DNA from: Candidatus Hydrothermarchaeales archaeon
GTDB lineage: Archaea; Hydrothermarchaeota; Hydrothermarchaeia; Hydrothermarchaeales; SZUA-236
Reading direction: 5' to 3'
Length of the DNA: 42,368 bases
Assembly (NCBI GenBank): GCA_046761145.1
Contig: JBHIFP010000002.1
Span: forward strand, 1 to 42,368
Part shown: positions 30,667 through 38,832 of the stretch, in pieces
How the letters are laid out: every line of letters starts with the position of its first letter
Numbering within the stretch: position 1 is the stretch's first letter
Program-made: the position numbers and the translations under genes
Notes under the pieces: generated by a model
The model's database searches: none
What the model saw: only the letters and a program-made list of their open reading frames with translations
What the model was told of the DNA's origin: nothing

Positions 30667-31563
30667 TTGGAAGTATTCGACCGAGTCATCTTTCCATTCA
30701 AGAGGAATGAGATGAAGGGGGCCTTGGACCAAGAAGGTTCGGTTATGGCCCTCTCAAAGACAGAGGTCGTTACAATCCCCCCCACCATGTCCATCAAGGG
30801 TGCCGCGGAGACCATGACGAGGTACAGATTCAGGAGGTTGCCCGTCACAGACCCCGGCACCAATAGACTTTTAGGTATAATCGGGAGTAGTGACATAATC
30901 GACTTCTTAGGAGGGGGGGATAAATTCAAAGTCATCAAGAAGAAACACAAGGGGAATTTCTTGGCGGCTATAAACGAATCGGTCAGGGAGATCATGATGC
31001 AGGATGTGGTCTCGTTAGATGCTAGTGCGACGCTGGACGATGGCCTAAAGACCTTGTTGAGCTCTAGGGTTGGCGGCGTTGTTATAACCCAGAATAATAG
31101 AGTGGTGGGTATACTCACCGAGAAAGATTTCGTATCCCTAATGGCCGAGAAAGTGACGGGAAAGAAAGTTGAAGATTATATGACGAGAAACGTGGTCAGC
31201 GCTACCCTTGGAATGACCCTCGGAGACGTTGCCAAAACCATGACGAGAAACAGCTTCAGGAGGCTACCAGTTCTGAGCAAAGGCGATCTAATCGGTATCA
31301 TAACGACCAGGCATATCGTCGACTTCATCGGAAGAAATAGCGTATTTGCAAAGATCGTGAAGAACGAGGTTCAGGAAGTACTGAAGACTAGGGCAAGAGA
31401 GATAATGGATGAGAACGTCGCGGTGGTTAGTAAGGACACGGACATCGGAGAGGCGGCCAAGATTATGAGAGAGAGAAAGACCGGCACTGTATGTGTCGTC
31501 GATAACGGCAGACTTGTGGGCATCCTCACAGAGAGGGACATAGTTAGAGCGGTGGGCGAGTAG
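30667..31563 (+). CDS. CBS-domain protein (four CBS domains)
   Basis: FRRLPV twice, VGILTEKD, VGILTERD; likely TTG start at 30667 behind GGAGG. Confidence 0.88.
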   Translation: MEVFDRVIFPFKRNEMKGALDQEGSVMALSKTEVVTIPPTMSIKGAAETMTRYRFRRLPVTDPGTNRLLGIIGSSDIIDFLGGGDKFKVIKKKHKGNFLAAINESVREIMMQDVVSLDASATLDDGLKTLLSSRVGGVVITQNNRVVGILTEKDFVSLMAEKVTGKKVEDYMTRNVVSATLGMTLGDVAKTMTRNSFRRLPVLSKGDLIGIITTRHIVDFIGRNSVFAKIVKNEVQEVLKTRAREIMDENVAVVSKDTDIGEAAKIMRERKTGTVCVVDNGRLVGILTERDIVRAVGE

Positions 31564-31569
31564 AGCGGC

Positions 31570-31740
31570 TTATTTCTTCGGCAAATTTACGCCCTTTCTC
31601 TCCTCTATCTCTATAATCTTCTTTGCATTGAATCTTATCACCCCTCCTCCCGCCGGAATGTCCCCGATGTCGAACTCGACTCCATCGATCTTCAAGATTT
31701 TCCCATCCTTGGAATCCACGATTACGGTATACTTCCCCAT
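31570..31740 (-). CDS. Small hypothetical protein (56 aa; below the ORF track cutoff)
   Basis: MGKYTVIVDSKDGKILKIDGVEFDIGDIPAGGGVIRFNAKKIIEIEERKGVNLPKK; fills the gap, GAGGT before ATG, TTTAAATA upstream. Confidence 0.65.
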   Translation of the reverse strand: MGKYTVIVDSKDGKILKIDGVEFDIGDIPAGGGVIRFNAKKIIEIEERKGVNLPKK

Positions 31741-31826
31741 ACCTCTATCTCTTATATCGGAGAATATTTAAATGTGCTCATCTCGGGGTGTAAATCCTTA
31801 AGTATCCGTCGAACTAAGGTAGAGGC

Positions 31827-33092
31827 ATGCTCATAAAAAATTGCAAGATCGTGAGCTCTAGAGGTTTGATAACTGCCGACATTTTAATCGAGAATGGGAG
31901 GATCAAAGAGATCAAAAAGAATCTCAAAAAACGTGGCGGAGATACCTTAAATACGAAAGGCAATCCCGTTATCCCAGGCATCGTGGATGCTCACACTCAT
32001 ATGAGGGACTTCGAGGAGAAGCGAAAAGAGGATTTTACTACTGGCAGTAGAGCTGCCTTAGCGGGCGGGGTAACGACGATCCTCGAAATGCCGAACACAA
32101 AACCCCCGATAACCACCCACCGAATCTTCGAGCGGCGCATCGAGACCGCCGCAGATAAGTCCTTGGTGGACTTCGGCATCCATTTTGGGGTTTCGAACAA
32201 CCTCGACGAGATCGGAAAGGTCTCCCCGGTTTCCTACAAGATCTATATGGACGGGGCATTGGGCAACATCGATGACATCTTTGAGGCGGCATTTGAGCGG
32301 TGTAGTCGAATCTCGGTGCATGCAGAGGATTCGAAGATAATCGAAAGGAATTACAGATACATAAAAAAGAGAGATGATTTTCTCTCGCACGCGGAGCTGA
32401 GGGAACCAAAGGCTGAGGTCGATGCCGTGGATAAAGCATCTGCCTTGGCGAAGAAGTACGGAAGGGAGACCCATCTCTGCCACATCTCCACGAAGAAGTC
32501 GCTGGGATTTTTCAACGAGTATACGACATCAGAAGTTACCCCCCATCACCTCTTTTTGACCGAAAATAGCTTGAGAAAATTCAAAGGCCTTGCAAAGACC
32601 AACCCCCCTCTGAGGACGAAGGTCGACTTATATGCATTATGGAAGGCCTTAAAGAACGGGGAAATCGATATTGTGGCGAGCGATCACGCGCCACATAGGG
32701 CAGAGGAAAAGGAGGAGGATATCTTTAATTGCCCGTCCGGAATCCCGAACCTCGAAGTGATGTTGAAACTTATGCTGACGATAGCCAATAGGGGGACGAT
32801 CTCGCTGATGGATATCGCGAGGTTGATGTGCGAGAACCCCGCGAGGATCTTCGATCTCAAAGGCAAAGGCTCGATCGAAGTGGGGAAAGATGCGGATCTG
32901 GTTATCTTGGACATGAAAAAGGAAGGCAAAATTGATCCAACAGAATTTTACTCAAAGGCGAAGTACTCCCCATTCGAAGGTAGGAAGACTACTGGCGGTG
33001 TGGATACCGTCATACTGAGGGGAGAGATCGCATTTAACGATGGCGACTTTTGGATAAAAAAAGGGTATGGAGAATACGTCGGGCCGACTTAA
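31827..33092 (+). CDS. pyrC: Dihydroorotase
   Basis: PGIVDAHTHMRD, AGGVTT..EMPNT, VHAED, EVTPHHL, NPPLR, SDHAPH. Confidence 0.9.
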   Translation: MLIKNCKIVSSRGLITADILIENGRIKEIKKNLKKRGGDTLNTKGNPVIPGIVDAHTHMRDFEEKRKEDFTTGSRAALAGGVTTILEMPNTKPPITTHRIFERRIETAADKSLVDFGIHFGVSNNLDEIGKVSPVSYKIYMDGALGNIDDIFEAAFERCSRISVHAEDSKIIERNYRYIKKRDDFLSHAELREPKAEVDAVDKASALAKKYGRETHLCHISTKKSLGFFNEYTTSEVTPHHLFLTENSLRKFKGLAKTNPPLRTKVDLYALWKALKNGEIDIVASDHAPHRAEEKEEDIFNCPSGIPNLEVMLKLMLTIANRGTISLMDIARLMCENPARIFDLKGKGSIEVGKDADLVILDMKKEGKIDPTEFYSKAKYSPFEGRKTTGGVDTVILRGEIAFNDGDFWIKKGYGEYVGPT

Positions 33093-33139
33093 TCCTAGAC
33101 CCGACTTCCTGGAAGAGTATAGTTAGTGTCACAAAACTA

Positions 33140-34174
33140 TCAATTAATCTCTTTCTTACCCCTAAATGCCTCCTTTATAGGCTCTTCATAAGGTGGCTTT
33201 AACACACCGACTTCGGTGATGATGGCGGTGATGTATTTGGCTGGAGTGACATCGAAGGCCGGGTTTAGCACATCTGCGCCTTCGGCGACAACCATCTTCT
33301 CGTTAAAGCATCTGACCTCGTCCTCACCCCTAAATTCGATGGGAATTTCATCTCCGGTACGAATATTGATATCGATGGTCGACAGGGGTGCAACGACGTA
33401 GAGGGGCACGGCATGCTCTTTAGCGAGTACTGCCAAACCATAGGTACCGATCTTGTTTACAGTATCACCATTTCTAGCAATCCTGTCAGCACCAACGATG
33501 ACCTTTGTGACGCCATAGTCCCGCATCACAAAACCCGCCATGCTGTCCGTTATCACTGTAACTGGAACCCCTTCCTGAACCATCTCAAAGGCCGTTAATC
33601 TGGCACCTTGTAGCAACGGCCTCGTCTCGTCCACAAAGACTTTTATTTTTTTGCCCTGACGCCATGCCTCTTTTATAACGCCCTGTGCCGTCCCATAACC
33701 AGAAGTCGCCAAGGCACCCGCATTACAGTGCGTTAGGATGACATCTCCATCATCGATCAATTTGGCTCCATTCTTTTCAAGTCTCTTGTTCATCTCCAGG
33801 TCTTCTTGCCAGACCTTCATCGCCTCGTCGAAAGCAACTGTAGAGGGGTCTTCCGATTTCTCGGCCTTTTCCATCACCCTCTCAAGAGCCCAAAACAGGT
33901 TCACCGCAGTGGGTCTCGTCTCCGCCAACAAATCCCTAGCTTTTTTGAGCTCGTCCAAAACCTTATCCCTACTCCTCCTTCTATTCTTTTCCGCAATCAA
34001 CGCCAAGCCCAAAGCCGCTGTAACACCTATAGCTGGGGCTCCCCTCACCCTCAAATTCCTTATCGCCTCCACAACGCATTCGACGTCTTTGCACTCTATG
34101 TATTTCAACTCGGTTGGTAATAGGGTTTGATCTATTAAGATCACCTTCCCCTCTCTGTATTCGACGGTCTTCAT
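33140..34174 (-). CDS. mtnA: S-methyl-5-thioribose-1-phosphate isomerase (eIF-2B-like)
   Basis: IDQTLLP, VRGAPAIG, RPTAVNL, THCNAGALAT, ETRPLLQGARLT, NKIGTY, NPAFDVTP. Confidence 0.93.
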   Translation of the reverse strand: MKTVEYREGKVILIDQTLLPTELKYIECKDVECVVEAIRNLRVRGAPAIGVTAALGLALIAEKNRRRSRDKVLDELKKARDLLAETRPTAVNLFWALERVMEKAEKSEDPSTVAFDEAMKVWQEDLEMNKRLEKNGAKLIDDGDVILTHCNAGALATSGYGTAQGVIKEAWRQGKKIKVFVDETRPLLQGARLTAFEMVQEGVPVTVITDSMAGFVMRDYGVTKVIVGADRIARNGDTVNKIGTYGLAVLAKEHAVPLYVVAPLSTIDINIRTGDEIPIEFRGEDEVRCFNEKMVVAEGADVLNPAFDVTPAKYITAIITEVGVLKPPYEEPIKEAFRGKKEIN

Positions 34175-34242
34175 TTTCCTCGTGGCTATATTGTAAAAGC
34201 ACCTTTATAAAGGATGAAGAGGGATTATTGATCGTGGGCAAA

Positions 34243-34896
34243 ATGACCATCGTCGGGATAATAATAATCGCCAAGGATCGCAAAGGGCTGATGAGGGATG
34301 TCTCTACTATTATAGCCTCCCACGACATAAATATCACCTATATACAACAATTTCTCTTGGGCGGAGAGGCACACCTCTACATGGAACTGGAGGAGGTAAC
34401 CGATGCCAAAGCGCTTTTAAAAGAGCTTAGGGACATTACGGACATCAAATCGATAGAGACCTATAGGCCCTTTGAGCAGATATACGGCAAACGGGTCATA
34501 GTCATAGGCGGGGGGGCACAAGTTACCCAAGTTGTGCACGGAGCGATCAGCGAGGCCGACAGGCACAATTTACGTGGTGAGAGGATAAGTGTCGATACCA
34601 TCCCATTGGTCGGCGAGGAGATATTGGCCGAGGCCATAAGGGCGGTCGGAAGGCTCCATAGGGTCGGGATCTTGGTCCTTGCCGGCTCGCTGATGGGAGG
34701 AGAAGCTGCCCAAGCGGTAAAAGAGTTACGCGAGAAACACGGCATCCCGGTCGTATCGCTAAATATGGCTGGGGGCGTGCCAGATGTCTCGGATCTTGTG
34801 GTCACGGATCCGGTTCAAGCTGGAGTGATGGCGGTGATGGCCATAGCGGATACCGCGAAATTCGACTTGAAGAAGGTTAGTGGGAAGCGATTCTGA
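34243..34896 (+). CDS. ACT-domain protein, DUF5612-like
   Basis: N-terminal ACT (DRKGLMRDVS..IA..DINI); GKRVIVIGGGAQV, EADRHNLRGERISVDTIP, DPVQAG; start ATG 34243. Confidence 0.82.
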   Translation: MTIVGIIIIAKDRKGLMRDVSTIIASHDINITYIQQFLLGGEAHLYMELEEVTDAKALLKELRDITDIKSIETYRPFEQIYGKRVIVIGGGAQVTQVVHGAISEADRHNLRGERISVDTIPLVGEEILAEAIRAVGRLHRVGILVLAGSLMGGEAAQAVKELREKHGIPVVSLNMAGGVPDVSDLVVTDPVQAGVMAVMAIADTAKFDLKKVSGKRF

Positions 34897-34972
34897 TCGT
34901 TCCTTCGGATAATTTTAAATAGTTTTTACATCCAAAGAATAACCATAACAAGACATTGAATTGGGTGATCAT

Positions 34973-35245
34973 ATGAAGAAGAAGATCAAAGGTGAAGTAG
35001 CGGAAAAGTTGGAGAGATATATTCAAGCTACGAGCCAGTACGCTACCCTCGCCGGCGTGAGGAAGGAGAGGATGAACAAATTCATGGACCTCGTCGCCAA
35101 ATCAAAAGGTGGAGCACTGAGCCAAGGGGAAGTGATCTCGGCATTGTACAACATCGTCGAGGTAGATGGGAGGATATTCGAGGTTCTGGATAAATCGAAC
35201 GACGTATTGTTCGAGACCGTAAAATTGGTCTCCGGAGTGGAGTAA
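34973..35245 (+). CDS. Small helical hypothetical protein, first gene of the ATPase operon
   Basis: GGTGA RBS then ATG 34973; ends 4 bp before the ATPase; TTTAAATA at 34914-34921. Confidence 0.7.
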   Translation: MKKKIKGEVAEKLERYIQATSQYATLAGVRKERMNKFMDLVAKSKGGALSQGEVISALYNIVEVDGRIFEVLDKSNDVLFETVKLVSGVE

Positions 35246-35249
35246 GTCC

Positions 35250-36884
35250 ATGAAAGAGAAGTCTAAGTCAGAGGAGATAAGCCCTCTGATGAGGGATGAA
35301 TTGGCACGCGCTGAGGAGAAGCCCAAAGTAGTTGCGCCCAAGGCAGAAGCGGAAATAAAAGTAGAAGAGGGAGTTGGAGCCGTAGCGGTGAGACCCACGG
35401 GGGAATACGAGGTTATAGACTCCTACAAAGTCGGAGACAATGATGTCCAGATAATAACGACCAAAACCCAAGTGTCCCCTACCTATTGCGTCTTATTACC
35501 CGAGTTAAAGGTAGAAGACCATAAAAAGATCAAGGAATTCGTCGATACGATATTGAAGGAATCTAGATTAGATCCGGCCACAATTCTGGACCCAGAAGAA
35601 AGGAAACGCATATTCTCCAGAGAAATCAGAAAGATAATAAAAGATCACGAGCCTACATTACCCGAAAAGAAACTCAAGATTTACTCTGAATACATCCTCA
35701 TGGATATGATTGGGTATGGTCTATTAGATCCTCTTCTATCGGATGATCTACTGGAAGAGGTAATGTTACTTGGGATGGACAAGAGGGTCTATATAGCTCA
35801 TAGAAAACATGGGATGTGTAGCACAAATATAATATTCCACGATGAGGAATTGGCGGAGAATATAATCCAGAGAATGGCTAGGGGCGTGGGCAGAAAGATC
35901 GATACAATGAATCCATTACTAGATGCAAGACTAGCCGATGGCAGTAGGGTCAATGCAACTATCCCTCCAGTAACCACCGATGGTGCTACTTTGACTATCA
36001 GGAAGTTCAGAGAAGACGCGCTTACGGTTGTAGATCTTCTGAATTTCAAGACATTTTCGGTAGATTTTGCAGCGTGGCTCTGGGTCGTTATCGATGGATT
36101 GGGAATAAAGCCGGGCAATGCAATAGTTGCAGGAGGAACTGGTTCCGGGAAGACCACAACATTGAATTCTTTGGCGACGTTCATACCAGAACGCGATAGG
36201 GTCCTGACTATAGAGGATACCCTAGAATTGCAGTTGAAGCCTCATGAGCATTGGATCAGAATGGAGACCAGACCACCGAATGTCGAGGGCAGAGGGGAAG
36301 TGACGATGAACGACCTAGTTGTGAATACTTTGAGGATGAGGCCGGACAGGATAATCTTGGGAGAGGTCAGGGGGCCAGAGGCAGCTACTTTATTCACAGC
36401 GATGAATACTGGACACGATGGATGCATGGGGACTCTACACGCCAATGATGCAAGGGAAACTATAACGAGGCTTACAAATCCCCCAATGAATGTACCTCTG
36501 ATCATGATTCCGGCATTGGATTTAATAATTATGCAAAATAGGTTCAAACACCCGGAGAGGGGTACATTGCGCAGAATAACCGAAGTCGCTGAAATCGCGG
36601 GGATGGAAGGCGACGTAGTGCAACTGAATAGGGTCTTTGAATACAACCCTCAGACGGACGTATTGGAGGAAACTGGAACTCCGAGTCGCATACTACAGGA
36701 TATAGGAGAGCGCTCTGCTAGGTCCGGAAAAGAGATAAATATGGAGATAGCCAAGAGGGCGATGTGCTTGAAATGGATGCAAGACAGCAATATAAGAGCC
36801 CTGACCGATGTCAAAGAGGTCATCCTCACATTTAACAGGGATCCAGATGGGTTTACAGAATCGATTACCGCAGGGGGAATGTAA
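35250..36884 (+). CDS. Type II/IV secretion / pilus assembly ATPase (ArlI/CpaF/VirB11 family)
   Basis: [14 protein letters not shown], Walker [45 protein letters not shown]. Confidence 0.93.
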   Translation: MKEKSKSEEISPLMRDELARAEEKPKVVAPKAEAEIKVEEGVGAVAVRPTGEYEVIDSYKVGDNDVQIITTKTQVSPTYCVLLPELKVEDHKKIKEFVDTILKESRLDPATILDPEERKRIFSREIRKIIKDHEPTLPEKKLKIYSEYILMDMIGYGLLDPLLSDDLLEEVMLLGMDKRVYIAHRKHGMCSTNIIFHDEELAENIIQRMARGVGRKIDTMNPLLDARLADGSRVNATIPPVTTDGATLTIRKFREDALTVVDLLNFKTFSVDFAAWLWVVIDGLGIKPGNAIVAGGTGSGKTTTLNSLATFIPERDRVLTIEDTLELQLKPHEHWIRMETRPPNVEGRGEVTMNDLVVNTLRMRPDRIILGEVRGPEAATLFTAMNTGHDGCMGTLHANDARETITRLTNPPMNVPLIMIPALDLIIMQNRFKHPERGTLRRITEVAEIAGMEGDVVQLNRVFEYNPQTDVLEETGTPSRILQDIGERSARSGKEINMEIAKRAMCLKWMQDSNIRALTDVKEVILTFNRDPDGFTESITAGGM

Positions 36885-37696
36885 TGGCCGAACAAGCGTT
36901 TATTGTGGATTTGGGGAAGAATGTTGATCTGGATGAAGCTTCGAAGAAGATAGATTATATATCGCCTCCAAAGATGGTGGGGATGTTCAAGGCGGCCGAT
37001 GCCAATTTCGATGGCACAACGGTGCGAATATTCGAGAACGGCTGGATAAGGGTCATGGTCAGAACCGAACTCGAGGCTTATGTAGAGGCCATGTTCAAAG
37101 CGACAGAAAGCCTCGTATATATAAGGAAGGTTGTGACAGATTTGAGATCCGAGCTGGGCATGGATCTGGACTCTGATCGTGTCTTGGCCAGCATCAAACC
37201 CGTCTCGGAAAAACTGAACCTCCATGAAATTTTGGTCATGGATGTTGATTCTGTCCGTCCGACGTATAAGAAGGACATGAATCCCATCTTCTACAGGATG
37301 CTCCACCTCTATATGCTAGAGGAGTATATCGGGGCAGCGACAGCCATCAAAATTTTGTACAATACGGGCGAAGAGGTCGGGAAAGTATTTGCGGGTATAT
37401 ATGCAACAGATACTCTGGAGAGTTTCCTGGACGAATTGAGGAACTTCTTGGATAGGGAGAAAGTGGCAAAAATCAGCGTCGAAAGGATGAACGAAGATGA
37501 GATCGTTATCAAGAGCGAAGAGTCCATGACCTCTTCTGGCATCCCGAGCATAAATAAGCCCGTATGCCACTTCGAGAGGGGACTTATAACGGGGGCTGTA
37601 AAAGAGTTCTTGGGTAAGAATATCCGTTCGGACGAGACGAAGTGTTGGGGCCTAGGAGACCTGTACTGCGAATTTGTCCTCAAGGTGGAGAGTTAA
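36884..37696 (+). CDS. V4R-domain protein with N-terminal TBP-like extension
   Basis: C-terminal V4R: KPVCHFERGLITG...ETKCWGLGDLYCEF; TAATG overlap with the ATPase. Confidence 0.8.
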   Translation: MAEQAFIVDLGKNVDLDEASKKIDYISPPKMVGMFKAADANFDGTTVRIFENGWIRVMVRTELEAYVEAMFKATESLVYIRKVVTDLRSELGMDLDSDRVLASIKPVSEKLNLHEILVMDVDSVRPTYKKDMNPIFYRMLHLYMLEEYIGAATAIKILYNTGEEVGKVFAGIYATDTLESFLDELRNFLDREKVAKISVERMNEDEIVIKSEESMTSSGIPSINKPVCHFERGLITGAVKEFLGKNIRSDETKCWGLGDLYCEFVLKVES

Positions 37697-38559
37697 TGGC
37701 CGTGGTATATGACCAGTCCCACGGGGAACCAAAACTGGAGGAGTATTATTCCAGCTTCAGCCGAAGCATGACGTCCCGTGGGTATAGGGTGGATGTACTC
37801 AACGCGAAGCCATTGAATTTGGATGAACTGAAAGGGTACAAAGTGCTCATGATATCCTTCCCACAGAAAAAATTTTCGGATGAAGAGATAAAGGGGATCA
37901 TCAACTTTGTCGGAGATGGAGGGGGACTATTTGTGGTTGGCGAAGAGGGGAACTGGGGGGGCTTTAAGGAGATACTGAACAGCTTATCAAAAGAGTTCGG
38001 GATCACCTTCAACGACGACGAGGTTCACGACCCCACAGACAGCGTTGGAGAATCGTATTCCGTTATACATACAATGAAGGAACACCCGGTGCTAAATGAG
38101 GTCGAAAAATTCGTTATATATGGGGGCTGCTCCCTGAATGTCAGCGGCGATGCAGAGGCGATAGCCACGGGAGATGACGATACCTTCTCCACAAAAGATT
38201 ATTACAAGGCCGGGGATTACCCCCCAGTACTGGCAGTCTCCGAATATCTGGATGGGCGGGTGCTCTGCATCGGCGATGGAAGCCTCTTCAGGAATAGGTT
38301 TATCAACGAGTTTTACAACAAGCAACTTGCTTTGAACATAATAGAATGGCTTTCAAGGGGCAAAAAAGCGGGTGCGGAAGCTGAGGAGTACACCAAGGAA
38401 GATATATTGAACGAGATCGATGAAATAGAGAAGAAGTACACACAGCTGAGAGACGATTATTCCGAGGGGAAGATAAACGAAGATGAATACCGGGGGAAGA
38501 TAGCGGAGTACGGCGAGAGACTGGAAGAATTGGAGAAGATGCTGGCGGAACTAGAGTGA
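37696..38559 (+). CDS. GIFT (GldG/IFT52/DUF4350-like) domain protein with helical C-terminal tail
   Basis: YDQSHGE, FPQKKFSDEEI..I.NFV..GGGLFVVGE, LNSL...FGITFNDD, HPV, GRVLCIGD..LF.N, N..L..N...WL; TAATG overlap gives start 37696. Confidence 0.8.
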   Translation: MAVVYDQSHGEPKLEEYYSSFSRSMTSRGYRVDVLNAKPLNLDELKGYKVLMISFPQKKFSDEEIKGIINFVGDGGGLFVVGEEGNWGGFKEILNSLSKEFGITFNDDEVHDPTDSVGESYSVIHTMKEHPVLNEVEKFVIYGGCSLNVSGDAEAIATGDDDTFSTKDYYKAGDYPPVLAVSEYLDGRVLCIGDGSLFRNRFINEFYNKQLALNIIEWLSRGKKAGAEAEEYTKEDILNEIDEIEKKYTQLRDDYSEGKINEDEYRGKIAEYGERLEELEKMLAELE

Positions 38560-38832
38560 TCCTTCGCTATGGCGATGTGCTAAAGGGGAGTCTGGGACAG
38601 CGCCTCGATTTATGTTTGTACTCTCAGTATGCCATCCACCACAAAACGATAGCAAGGATGGCTGAGTACCATGATCGTGAATGGGAGAGATCGGAAAGGT
38701 GCGCGAATTTGCCAAATGCATATAAAGGTAGATCATGCCCAAATTTTTTATAAAAGAGCATGAAATTTAAGGGGTAGACCGGATTATCGAATCGGTTAAA
38801 TAGTTGATCAAATATAAAAAAAGTGAGTGGAG

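Noticed and set aside
38556-38753. 65-aa ORF overlapping the GIFT gene stop (GTGA)
   Set aside because: No recognisable motif or typical composition; cannot be supported, although it could be a fifth operon gene
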